Below, in pieces: positions 33,681 through 42,282 of a DNA stretch of 64,000 bases. The translations under genes were made by a program, and so were the position numbers. The stretch is from contig CACYZF010000003.1 of NCBI GenBank assembly GCA_902778895.1, positions 3,798-67,797 on the forward strand, given 5' to 3'. Origin of the DNA: an uncultured bacterium (GTDB lineage Bacteria > Verrucomicrobiota > Lentisphaeria > Victivallales > UBA1829). The notes below the pieces were generated by a model. It was not told the DNA's origin. It did not search any database and saw only the letters and a list, made by a program, of their open reading frames with translations. Every line of letters begins with the position of its first letter. The first letter of the stretch is position 1.

Positions 33681-34922
33681 ATGTCTCAGGAAAACTTCCT
33701 CCAGCAGAATTTCGCCGCCAGGATCGGCGGTTCCAACTTCGGCAAAGACACCAAGATCTACAAATTCGAGAAGATCAAACGAGCCAAACGCGCCGCCGCC
33801 GCGGAAAACCCCGGCGTCGAGCTGATCGACATGGGCGTGGGCGAACCCGACGACATGGCGTTCCCGTCCGTAGTCGCCCGCCTCGCGGAAGAAGCCGCGA
33901 AATGGGAAAACCGCACCTACGCCGACAACGGCTGCGCCGACTTCAAGGCCGCCGCCGCCCGCTACATGAAGGCTCTGTACGGCGTCGAGCTCGATCCCGA
34001 CACGCAGATCGTCCACGCCATCGGCAGCAAGTCCGCCCTCACGCTCCTCCCGTCCTGCTTCATCAATCCCGGCGACATCGCCGTCCTGACCGTCCCCGGC
34101 TACGGCGTGCTCGGCACCTGGACGGAATACCTCGGCGGCGAGGTTGTCAAGCTCCCGCTCCTCGAGGGAAACGGGTTCCTGCCCGACCTGGAATCCCTCA
34201 CGGAAGACCAGCGCAAGCGCGCCAAATTGCTCTATCTGAACTACCCGAACAACCCGACCGGCGCGTCCGCCACCGTCGAATTCTTCACGAAGGCGGTCGA
34301 ATTCGCCCGCAAAAACCATATCCTCATCGTGAGCGACGCCGCCTATGCGCCGCTGAACTTCTCCGGCAAGCCGCTGAGCATCCTCTCCATCCCCGGCGCA
34401 TTCGAGTGCTGCGTGGAACTCCACAGCATGTCCAAGGGCTTCAACATGACCGGCTGGCGTCTCAGCTGGGTCTGCGGCAATCCGCTCGCCGTGAAGGCGT
34501 TCGCGACCGTGAAGGACAATGCCGACAGCGGCCAGTTCCTCGCGATCCAGAAGGCCGCCATCGCCGCGCTCGACGACCAGGCCGCCATCACGCCCGCGAT
34601 CTGCGAGAAATACCATCGCCGCCTCGCCAGCATGGTCGAGACGCTGAAGAAGCTCGGATTCAACGCCAAGGTCCCCGCCGGCAGCTTCTACCTCTACGTA
34701 AAGGCTCCGAAGGCCACCGCCGACGGCACGCAGTTCGAGAACGGCGAGGCGTTCAGCCAGTGGCTCATCCGCAACAAGCTCATCAGCTCCGTGCCGTGGG
34801 ACGACGCCGGACACTTTGTCCGTTTCAGCGCCACGTTCGTCGCGCGCGGCGGCATCGAGGATGAAAAACGCGTCCTCGACGAGTTTGCGCGCCGTCTGGG
34901 CGACTGCAAGTTCGTCTTCTGA
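33681..34922 (+). CDS. class I/II PLP-dependent aminotransferase (LL-diaminopimelate-aminotransferase-like / AspC family)
   Basis: 413 aa from ATG 33681. LIDMGVGEPD, NYPNNPTG and the SMSKGFNMTGWRLSW PLP-lysine region. Confidence 0.8.
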   Translation: MSQENFLQQNFAARIGGSNFGKDTKIYKFEKIKRAKRAAAAENPGVELIDMGVGEPDDMAFPSVVARLAEEAAKWENRTYADNGCADFKAAAARYMKALYGVELDPDTQIVHAIGSKSALTLLPSCFINPGDIAVLTVPGYGVLGTWTEYLGGEVVKLPLLEGNGFLPDLESLTEDQRKRAKLLYLNYPNNPTGASATVEFFTKAVEFARKNHILIVSDAAYAPLNFSGKPLSILSIPGAFECCVELHSMSKGFNMTGWRLSWVCGNPLAVKAFATVKDNADSGQFLAIQKAAIAALDDQAAITPAICEKYHRRLASMVETLKKLGFNAKVPAGSFYLYVKAPKATADGTQFENGEAFSQWLIRNKLISSVPWDDAGHFVRFSATFVARGGIEDEKRVLDEFARRLGDCKFVF

Positions 34923-34964
34923 TTCCGTATTTCCAGCTTTCACGCACAAGGAGCCGGTTTCCCG

Positions 34965-35669
34965 ATGCATGCGTTCCGTTTCGACGACCTCGCCTCGACA
35001 GAATCCGGCTTTTTTTTCCGCCTCGATTCGAGGGAGGAAGCCCACCTGTTCCGCATTCTCCGGGCGCGTCCCGGCGAAACGGTCGCGGTCCTGGACGGAC
35101 ACGGCACGCTCGGAACAGCCGTTGTCGAGGCGGACCGTCAGTTGCGCCTGGAATCGAAGCGCACCATGCCGCCGCCCGGGCGGCGTCTGCACCTCTACTT
35201 CGCCCCGCCGAAAAAACAGAAGCTCGACGCTTTGCTGAAACAGGCGGTCGAGCTGGGCGTGTATGCGCTTGTGCCAGTTCTCTGCGAACGCTCCGTCGTC
35301 CAGCCCGGCGAAAACTCCGTCTCCGGGCGCTGGATGGACCTTTTATTCGAAGCCTGCAAGCAGTCGGGCAACCCGTTCCTTCCCGAAGTCGCAAATCCCA
35401 TGCCGTTCGCGGCGGCACTCGCTCATGCCCGCGAGACCTGCGGCGTATTGATTACGGGATCCAATCGGACGGGCGTCTTCCCCGAACTCGGCGCAGCTTC
35501 CGACGTCGCGTTTTTCGTCGGGCCGGAAGGCGGTTTCACGGACGCCGAAACGGACGCGATGTTCGCCGCCGGAGCCGTTCCGCTCAGGATCGGCGGCTGG
35601 ACGCTCCGCGTGGAGACAGCCGCGATCGCCGGTTTGGGCGTGCTGAACGTCCTCATGAATCGAAGATAA
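34965..35669 (+). CDS. rsmE: 16S rRNA (uracil1498-N3)-methyltransferase
   Basis: 234 aa. HLFRILRARPGETVAVLDGHG N-terminal PUA-like region and a C-terminal FFVGPEGGFTDAE ... LRVETAAIAG SPOUT knot motif. Confidence 0.85.
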   Translation: MHAFRFDDLASTESGFFFRLDSREEAHLFRILRARPGETVAVLDGHGTLGTAVVEADRQLRLESKRTMPPPGRRLHLYFAPPKKQKLDALLKQAVELGVYALVPVLCERSVVQPGENSVSGRWMDLLFEACKQSGNPFLPEVANPMPFAAALAHARETCGVLITGSNRTGVFPELGAASDVAFFVGPEGGFTDAETDAMFAAGAVPLRIGGWTLRVETAAIAGLGVLNVLMNRR

Positions 35670-35709
35670 CAGCCGTCATGCCTCGTCCGTGTCCGAGCGA
35701 AGCCGGACA

Positions 35710-36843
35710 CTACCGCAGTGGAGGCTCAGCCTCCTCAGGCTTCCGCAGAATGATTTCCGTGATCTCGGGGGGGACGTCAAGCCGGAACATGAATCCGTTC
35801 CAGAGGCCCGCGCCGTTGCTCACGTACAGCGTCATATCGTCCACCTGATATTTGCCGGAGACGAACCCCTTGTTGGCAATTTTTACCAATAAGGCGGGCA
35901 GTCCGGCGATCATGCCGCCGTGCGTATGCCCGGAAAGCTGAAGGGAAACCGGATATTTCGCGTAGTCATGCGCGAATCGCGGCTGATGTGACAGCAGAAT
36001 GACCGGAGCGCCCTCGGGAGCCCCGGCAAGCGTCTTGTCCAGATCCGGTTCCTCGCGTCCGGCATACCATTTATTGCCGCGCATTTTATCCGGCAGTCCG
36101 GCGATCACGAGCTGCGCGCCGTCCTTTTCGATCACGATGTGCTGATTGAACAGCGTTTCGATGCCGACCGAGTCGAGGAACGCGATCCACTCGTCGAGCC
36201 CGCGGTAATACTCATGATTGCCGGGGGACGAGTAGACGCCGTATTTCGCGTGCAGATCGCCGAGCTGGTGCATGTTCGGCCTGATCTCGTCCGGCTTCAG
36301 GTCGCCCAGGTCGCCGCCCAGCAGGATCAGGTCGGGATGCACGGCGTTGGCGCGGCAGACGACGGTCCAGAGGTAATTCGGCAGGCTGGCCTTGCTGATA
36401 TGGGTGTCGGTGATGTATACGATGCGGAACCCGTCGAACGCGTCCGGCAAGCCGGGGATCGTAATCGCAACGGGCTTGACCTTCGGCGGCGTAACGGCGC
36501 TGTATTCGCCCCACGCCGCCAGGAAACCGGAGAGGATCAGAATGAACGAAACGCTGTATTTCTGGTTCGGGATACGTCGTTTTTTGAGGTGCATGACGAA
36601 CAGGATCATATCCCGCAGGAAGAAGAACGGCGTGGAAAAAACAAGTGTGCCGGAACACCATGCGACGATCAGAAGCGCAATGCGCGGCAGGATCCCCGTA
36701 AAAATCACGAACTGGACCGCAATTGCGAAAAAGAACAGCCCCAGCGCGATGAGCGGACGGTACTTTTTGTTGACGGGCAGCGACAATCCGATGCTGCACG
36801 GGGCGTATGCGATTGCAAGAAGTAGGAGAGTGACCCAGAACAT
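35710..36843 (-). CDS. membrane-anchored metallophosphoesterase (YaeI-like)
   Basis: Four N-terminal TM helices, then the calcineurin-like motifs YITDTHIS, LGGDLGD, GNHEYY and GHTHGG. Confidence 0.85.
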   Translation of the reverse strand: MFWVTLLLLAIAYAPCSIGLSLPVNKKYRPLIALGLFFFAIAVQFVIFTGILPRIALLIVAWCSGTLVFSTPFFFLRDMILFVMHLKKRRIPNQKYSVSFILILSGFLAAWGEYSAVTPPKVKPVAITIPGLPDAFDGFRIVYITDTHISKASLPNYLWTVVCRANAVHPDLILLGGDLGDLKPDEIRPNMHQLGDLHAKYGVYSSPGNHEYYRGLDEWIAFLDSVGIETLFNQHIVIEKDGAQLVIAGLPDKMRGNKWYAGREEPDLDKTLAGAPEGAPVILLSHQPRFAHDYAKYPVSLQLSGHTHGGMIAGLPALLVKIANKGFVSGKYQVDDMTLYVSNGAGLWNGFMFRLDVPPEITEIILRKPEEAEPPLR

Positions 36844-37026
36844 GAAAAGGCTCCGAAAACTTGAAAACGGGAAAAACGGTTCGAAAATGAACCGGAAAAC
36901 GGAAATTTCTTTAATTTAGATGTGTTTTCTTTTTTTTCAAGGTTTGATTTTTCGATTTTTTATAGTATATTGTTGGAAAAAATGTTTTTCCGATTCTTAC
37001 GCATGACAGGAACCACGAGGTGCGAT

Positions 37027-37887
37027 ATGAAATTGTTTACCGCAGTCGCCGCCATATTTTTCGCCGGAGCCGCGGCATTCGCGGCAGACTCCGCCGACGT
37101 GAAGGAGTTCACATTCGCCAACGACGTGAAGGTGTACGCCATCCGCGACAAGGCCACGACGATGAAGGGCACGCTCTTCAGCGACTATACCAAGACGTCC
37201 TCCCTCAAGAAGGACAAACTGGAAAAGGAGTACCCTGCATCCGTCAACTGCTTCGTGATGCGCTACAACTTCAAGACCTACCTCATCGACGCGGGCAATT
37301 TCGACCCGAATGGCTCGCTCGTCAAAAAGCTCGCAAGCATCAACATCCGTCCGACCGGGGTCGACTACATCCTGCTCACCCATCTGCATCCGGACCACGT
37401 CGGCGGCCTCGTTGACAAGGACGGCAAGGCGGTCTTCCCGAATGCGAAGGTCTACATGTCCTACGAGGAATGGAAACACTGGAGCCCAATCATCGCAAAG
37501 CAGAAACCGACCGAACTCCTGCATCAGTTCCGCGACGCCTACAACGGACGAATCCAGACACTGAACTTCGGCGAACCCATCGTGCCCGGACTGTACGCGG
37601 TGAAGGCCGTCGGACACACCCCCGGCCACTGCTACTACCGCCAGGGCAAGCTCCGCTTCGTCGGTGACGTGATGCACGCGGTCGACCTGCAAGTCGCCCA
37701 TCCCGAATACTGCGCTTCGTTCGACGCCGACCAGAAGCAGGCCTACCAGACCCGCGTGGCCTTTCTGGAGACCATGAGCAAGGAAGGCAACATCGTGCTG
37801 GGCGCTCATATCCCGTTCCCCGGCATCGGCTACATCATGAAGGAGGAGAAAGGTTACAAGTTCGATCCGTATACGGCGAAAAAATAA
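37027..37887 (+). CDS. secreted MBL-fold metallo-hydrolase
   Basis: Signal peptide MKLFTAVAAIFFAGAAAFAADS. HxHxDH motif LLTHLHPDHVGG. Later GHTPGH. Confidence 0.85.
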   Translation: MKLFTAVAAIFFAGAAAFAADSADVKEFTFANDVKVYAIRDKATTMKGTLFSDYTKTSSLKKDKLEKEYPASVNCFVMRYNFKTYLIDAGNFDPNGSLVKKLASINIRPTGVDYILLTHLHPDHVGGLVDKDGKAVFPNAKVYMSYEEWKHWSPIIAKQKPTELLHQFRDAYNGRIQTLNFGEPIVPGLYAVKAVGHTPGHCYYRQGKLRFVGDVMHAVDLQVAHPEYCASFDADQKQAYQTRVAFLETMSKEGNIVLGAHIPFPGIGYIMKEEKGYKFDPYTAKK

Positions 37888-37982
37888 TGTCCGGCCATCG
37901 GATTTTTTCTTTAAAACCTATTGCAACCGCGTTTTTTTCCGAAAAACCACGAATTTTTTCCGCTTTTTTGACGATTTGCTAT

Positions 37983-38010
37983 TTGCATTTCTCAGGAAAT
38001 CCGGTATAAT
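37983..38010 (+). promoter_or_regulatory. putative promoter of the prepilin-like gene
   Basis: TTGCAT (37983-37988), 16 nt spacer, TATAAT (38005-38010). A 5' hairpin and a CA-rich leader follow. Confidence 0.5.
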
Positions 38011-38110
38011 ATATAATGCGCGTTGTTTCCCGGCGGGGAAACACGCCTGAATCCCGAAACATACAAACATAACATACACAAAACAAAACCAATTGAAAGG
38101 TAAGCTCAAA

Positions 38111-38965
38111 ATGAAACATTGCAAACAGGCGTTTACCCTCATTGAGCTGCTGGTCGTCATCTGCATCATCGCGATCCTGGCGTCCATGCTGCTGCCCGCT
38201 CTGCAGAGTGCGCGTGAAAGTGCAAGTACCGCGACCTGCATCAGCAACCTCGGCCAGTTCTCCAAGGCGTACCAGATGTATGCAACCAGTTACAACGACT
38301 ACATGCCCGCCCTCACCGACGGACAGACCGGCTCCAGTTGCAGCTGGGAAAGAGCTCTGATCTCGGCCCTCGGACAGGATCCGGACAAGAATTCCCCGTT
38401 CAAGAACTCCTTCTTCTGCGATGCCGACGCCTCCAGCGAAAGCGCGGCGGCCGGCGGAAACAAGAAGTCCTACAGCCTCAACAACCTGCAGGATGCCGTT
38501 CATCCGCGTATCCCCAACATGCTCGGCCCCAACGGCAAACTCGCCACGAAAGACGGCAGCAAAGGCTACATCAGCGGCAACAAGACCACGTCCGTCTTCA
38601 CCGCTTCCGACCTGATCATCATCGGCGAAAACGCCTCCTCGAGCAATAACATCGGTACCGCGAAGTTCTCCAAGACCGACGTCAACAGCCCCGGCTCCGC
38701 CAGCCCCATCCAGCAGTACATCGCCATCCTCAAGCGTCTCTCCTCCCACACCACCGCCGGCGAGCTCTATCTGGACGGCCATGCCAGACACATCAAGCCG
38801 CAGCAGACTCTCCCGGGCACCAGCACGTTCAACCTCGTCACCAAGACGACCTACAGCGACTCCCCGAAAACCGCGGCTTCCACCGGCTGGGGCAGCTGGA
38901 CGGACTGCAACTACCGCAAGGCCGGCAACGATTGCCCGGACGACACTTCCTGCCGCAAGAAATAA
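38111..38965 (+). CDS. prepilin-type N-terminal cleavage/methylation domain protein (DUF1559-like pseudopilin)
   Basis: [36 protein letters not shown] is a class III signal. C-terminal [12 protein letters not shown] resembles the H-X9-DG motif but has 8 intervening residues. Confidence 0.9.
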   Translation: MKHCKQAFTLIELLVVICIIAILASMLLPALQSARESASTATCISNLGQFSKAYQMYATSYNDYMPALTDGQTGSSCSWERALISALGQDPDKNSPFKNSFFCDADASSESAAAGGNKKSYSLNNLQDAVHPRIPNMLGPNGKLATKDGSKGYISGNKTTSVFTASDLIIIGENASSSNNIGTAKFSKTDVNSPGSASPIQQYIAILKRLSSHTTAGELYLDGHARHIKPQQTLPGTSTFNLVTKTTYSDSPKTAASTGWGSWTDCNYRKAGNDCPDDTSCRKK

Positions 38966-39036
38966 TCAGGGAGAATGGACCTGACGCGGTTCCGCCGATC
39001 GCGGCATCGCCAGTGTTCTCCTGACACAGTTCATGC

Positions 39037-39070
39037 AGACGGCTTCGATTCCCCATCGAAGCCGTCTTTT
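39037..39070 (+). terminator. rho-independent terminator after the prepilin-like gene
   Basis: Perfect 12-bp stem GACGGCTTCGAT-TCCCC-ATCGAAGCCGTC followed by TTTTT. Confidence 0.85.
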
Positions 39071-39165
39071 TATGTGTCCGGAGCAAGGCTTTATCGGCCT
39101 CATGTCACTCACGCCGTGCTGTTTTCTTTCCCCTAAGATAATAAAGAAAAAGTGAAAACAGCGGC

Positions 39166-39193
39166 TTGATTTTTATATTACGCGTGATATAGT
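39166..39193 (+). promoter_or_regulatory. putative extended -10 promoter upstream of the 39.3 kb membrane protein / AKR genes
   Basis: TTGATT (39166-39171), 16 nt spacer, TG-A-TATAGT (39185-39193). Confidence 0.5.
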
Positions 39194-39312
39194 ATAGCAA
39201 ATAAGAGAACCCGCGGCCGCACGAAGCAACTGCAGGGGATGCAGAAGCATCCTGTCACGGATTCTACACACAATATCTGAACTAAGTTGCCTTATGATGA
39301 GGCAGCGTTTCC

Positions 39313-39684
39313 ATGAAAGGAACAGAAAATGGCTTGTTTCACCGCTCCCCTCGCCGCCGCAGTCGCCGCCGGACTCGTGTCCGCCGCACCGTGAAAGACA
39401 CCGGCAACACCGACACCATCAGCTGGGCCACGAAACTCGGCTGGCTCGAAAAGCTCTCCTTCGGCGGATGCGCCCTGCTCGCGTTCGAGCACATCTGGCA
39501 CGGCGAGATCATCTTCCAGTTCCCGTTCCTGACCGGAGTCCGCGACGGCAACGCGGCTGAAGTCATGCGCGAGATCGCGACCGTCGGCGGCGCCATGACC
39601 GCGCTCATCCTCGCCGTGTGGATCGGCATGCTGATCGTGAGTTCGGCCATCGTGAAGCACAAACCCGCTGCGATCCAGGGATAA
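39313..39684 (+). CDS. small membrane protein, hypothetical; N-terminus probably affected by a frameshift
   Basis: The C-terminal two-thirds has two TM helices (FGGCALLAFEHIWHGEIIF, VGGAMTALILAVWIGMLIVSSAIV). The annotated N-terminus (SPRRRSRRRTRVRR) is the off-frame reading of a hydrophobic ORF in the +1 frame (39329-39394, MACFTAPLAAAVAAGLVSAAP). Confidence 0.5.
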   Translation: MKGTENGLFHRSPRRRSRRRTRVRRTVKDTGNTDTISWATKLGWLEKLSFGGCALLAFEHIWHGEIIFQFPFLTGVRDGNAAEVMREIATVGGAMTALILAVWIGMLIVSSAIVKHKPAAIQG

Positions 39685-39737
39685 CGCGTCATTCGTCGAG
39701 CCACGATTATCAACCGAACACCAGTTGAGGTTTTTAT

Positions 39738-41258
39738 ATGAATCGAAGAGAGTTTATCAAAGAGACCGCCACGCTCACTGCGCTCGCCGCGATGTCCCGC
39801 CTCGCCGCGCAGACCGGCGTCGCTCCGGCCGACGCGAAATCGTCAGAGCCCTCGAAAGACGCTTCGAAGAAAGTTTCGCGCCGCAAGTATAAGAAGACCG
39901 ACCTCACAGTCCCGCTCCTCGGATACGGCATGATGCGCCTTCCGCAGAAGAACGGCAAGATCGACCGCGAAGAAGCGCAGAAGCTCGTCGACACGGCCAT
40001 GGCCGCCGGTCTGAACTACTTCGACACCGCCCAGCCGTACCACAACGGCGAAAGCCAGCAGTTCCTCGGCGAGGCGATGAAGAAGTACGACCGCAAATCC
40101 TACATGATCGCGACCAAGCTCCCGCTCTGGTCGCTCCGCTCCGCCGCCGAGGCGGAAACCACGTTCAAAGGCCAGCTCGAAGCCTGCAAGACGGATTACT
40201 TCGACTTCTACCTGATGCACGCGTTCAACGCGAACAGCTTCCGCACCTTCGAGAATCTCAAGCTCTACGATTATTTCAAGAAGCAGAAAGAAGCCGGAAA
40301 GATCAAACTCCTCGGCTTCTCCTTCCACGATTCCCCGGAAGCGCTTGAGACCATCGTGAACGCGCACGAATGGGATTTCTGCCAGATCCAGCTCAATTTC
40401 GTCGACTGGGACGCGCAGAACGCCAAGCGCATGTACGAGTTCCTGACCTCGAAGGACATCCCCGTCATCATCATGGAACCGCTTCAGGGCGGCCGTCTCG
40501 CCAACCTCACTCCGGCAGCCGTCGAGGTTCTCAAGAAGGCCAATCCGAAGGCTTCCGCGGCGTCCTGGGCGTTCCGCTATGCGGCTTCGCTCCCGAACGT
40601 GCTCACGGTCCTCAGCGGCATGACCACGATGGAAGTGCTGAAGGAAAACATCGAGACCTTCACCGACTTCAAGCCGCTGACCGACGCCGAACGCAAAGTC
40701 CTGGACGAGGCCCGCGACGTGTATCTGGGCGTCTCCAAGAGCCGCGTCCCCTGCACGACCTGCAGATACTGTGTCAATGAATGCCCGGTCAAGATCGAGA
40801 TTCCCGCGGTATTCACCGCATGGAACGACTTCTGTGAAAAGAAGGACGAGGCCGCCTTCAAGGAAGCCTACAACAAGCTTGCAGTGAAGGCCAGCGCCTG
40901 CATCGGCTGCCGCCGTTGCGTCAGAAGATGCCCGCAGCAGATCGATATCCCGACCGAACTTGGCAAGATCGCGCAGGCCGCGGGCGACAGTGCCGGCGGC
41001 GGTCGCGGCGGCCGTGGCGGCCGTGGCGGCGGCATGGGTGGCGGCTTTGGCGGAGGCCAGGGTGGCTTCGGCGGCGGCCAGGGTGGCTTCGGCGGCGGCC
41101 AGGGTGGCTTCGGCGGCGGCCAGCGTCCCGGAGGCGGCTTTGGCGGAGGCCAGGGCGGCTTCGGCGGCGGCTTTGGCGGAGGCCAGGGCGGCTTCGGCGG
41201 CGGCTTTGGCGGAGGCCAGGGTGGCTTCGGTGGAGGCCAGCGCCCCGGCGGTCGCTGA
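39738..41258 (+). CDS. Tat-signal aldo/keto reductase with C-terminal 2x[4Fe-4S] ferredoxin domain and glycine-rich tail
   Basis: Twin-arginine motif MNRREFIKETATLTALAAMSRLAAQ. AKR core (LLGYGMMRLP..., FDTAQPYHNGESQQFLGEAM). Cys clusters CTTCRYCVNECP and CIGCRRCVRRCP. Final ~87 aa are GGGRGGRGGRGGG(M)GGGFGGGQGGFGGGQ... repeats. Confidence 0.85.
   Translation: MNRREFIKETATLTALAAMSRLAAQTGVAPADAKSSEPSKDASKKVSRRKYKKTDLTVPLLGYGMMRLPQKNGKIDREEAQKLVDTAMAAGLNYFDTAQPYHNGESQQFLGEAMKKYDRKSYMIATKLPLWSLRSAAEAETTFKGQLEACKTDYFDFYLMHAFNANSFRTFENLKLYDYFKKQKEAGKIKLLGFSFHDSPEALETIVNAHEWDFCQIQLNFVDWDAQNAKRMYEFLTSKDIPVIIMEPLQGGRLANLTPAAVEVLKKANPKASAASWAFRYAASLPNVLTVLSGMTTMEVLKENIETFTDFKPLTDAERKVLDEARDVYLGVSKSRVPCTTCRYCVNECPVKIEIPAVFTAWNDFCEKKDEAAFKEAYNKLAVKASACIGCRRCVRRCPQQIDIPTELGKIAQAAGDSAGGGRGGRGGRGGGMGGGFGGGQGGFGGGQGGFGGGQGGFGGGQRPGGGFGGGQGGFGGGFGGGQGGFGGGFGGGQGGFGGGQRPGGR
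40995..41255 (+). repeat. in-frame tandem glycine-rich coding repeat (unit about 21-24 nt, GGFGGGQ)
   Basis: Repeated GGCGGAGGCCAGGGTGGCTTCGGCGGC units visible in the DNA. Encodes (GGFGGGQ)n punctuated by QRPGG. Confidence 0.85.
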
Positions 41259-41321
41259 ACACAAACCGCGTTCAGTGTGCTTTGAGCTTTCCAGGCAGAC
41301 TGAACTGCATCAAGACAATCG

Positions 41322-41358
41322 AACGGGCTCGGGCTTTTCAACCCGGGCCCGTTTTTTT
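41322..41358 (+). terminator. rho-independent terminator after the AKR gene
   Basis: AACGGGCTCGGG-CTTTTCAA-CCCGGGCCCGTT stem (one mismatch) followed by TTTTTTT. Confidence 0.75.
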
Positions 41359-41475
41359 GGAGGCAGCGCCTCCACTGCGGCAGTGCACGGCTTGCGCTCG
41401 CGCACGAAAACGGGCTGACCTCGCACCAGAAAAGAACTTTTCCGATTTTTCGATGAAAGAAAGCCGGAAAACGGC

Positions 41476-41504
41476 TTGATTTTGTGCCGGACCGACTGTA
41501 TATT
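41476..41504 (+). promoter_or_regulatory. putative thyX promoter
   Basis: TTGATT (41476-41481), 17 nt spacer, TATATT (41499-41504). Confidence 0.5.
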
Positions 41505-41555
41505 GATGCGAACACTATTTAATCAAAACATATCTCAAGCGGAAGGAAGACTGAA

Positions 41556-42257
41556 ATGGCTCTGACACACGTGAACGTGCCACCGGAAAATCATGTGAAA
41601 GTACTCGACGGACAAGGCTGGGTCGGCCTCATCGACACGCTCGGAACCGAGACCACGATCGTGAATGCCGCACGCGTTTCGTTCGGCAAGATCCGGCAGG
41701 AAATGGACGAGCGCGACGTGGCGCTGCTGCACTACCTGATCGAAAACCGTCACACGAGCCCGCTGGAGCACATCGTCTTCACGTTCAGCGTGCATTGTCC
41801 GCTCTTCGTGCGCGGCCAGTGGCACCGTCACCGTACCTGGTCGTACAACGAGATCTCGCGCCGCTACACCGAGATCGACATGGAATTCTACGTGCCGCCG
41901 AAACTCCGCAAGCAGGCCGAGAACAACCGTCAGGCGTCCGTCGCCTGCGAAGACTTCGACGACGCCGCGCTCCGCGAGGTCATCCGCGCCCAGAACGAGC
42001 AGTCGCTGAAGACATACGAATCCCTGCTCGCCGCGGGCGTCTGCCGCGAACAGGCCCGCGGAGTGCTCTCCCAGAACATGATGGTCACCTTCTGGGGCAC
42101 GGTCGACCTGAGCAACCTGATCCATTTCCTGGAACTGCGCGACAGCGAACACGCCCAGTGGGAAATCCGCGAATACGCGAAGGCGATCAAGAAGCTCATC
42201 AAGCCCGTGGTCCCGCACGTGGCCGAATACTACGAATCCAAGGGTGAAGTCTGGTGA
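41556..42257 (+). CDS. thyX: flavin-dependent thymidylate synthase
   Basis: ThyX signature RHTSPLEH ... GQWHRHRTWSYNEISRRYT (RHRxxSxxxxSxR). Confidence 0.95.
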   Translation: MALTHVNVPPENHVKVLDGQGWVGLIDTLGTETTIVNAARVSFGKIRQEMDERDVALLHYLIENRHTSPLEHIVFTFSVHCPLFVRGQWHRHRTWSYNEISRRYTEIDMEFYVPPKLRKQAENNRQASVACEDFDDAALREVIRAQNEQSLKTYESLLAAGVCREQARGVLSQNMMVTFWGTVDLSNLIHFLELRDSEHAQWEIREYAKAIKKLIKPVVPHVAEYYESKGEVW

Positions 42258-42282
42258 CGCCCGTGATCCGCGGGGCGGCTGA

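Noticed and set aside
39194-39312. ~120 nt leader upstream of the 39.3 kb membrane-protein/AKR unit considered as a riboswitch
   Set aside because: It contains small hairpins (GGATGC-AGAA-GCATCC; TGCCT-N8-AGGCA), but I cannot match it to any riboswitch class from memory and it has no terminator or anti-terminator pair. The evidence is insufficient.
40995-41255. Tandem repeats here and at 60154-60311 considered as CRISPR or satellite arrays
   Set aside because: There are no unique spacers between units. The units are multiples of 3 nt, in frame, and inside long ORFs with recognisable flanking domains, so they are coding low-complexity repeats.
40868-41515. Proline-rich ORF with (PPKPPW)n repeats, superficially like an extensin or TonB-type spacer
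   Set aside because: It is the reverse-complement reading of the GGFGGGQ-coding repeat of the AKR gene (GGC/GGT read as GCC/ACC/CCA). No independent start context. The AKR frame is continuous with a recognisable enzyme.
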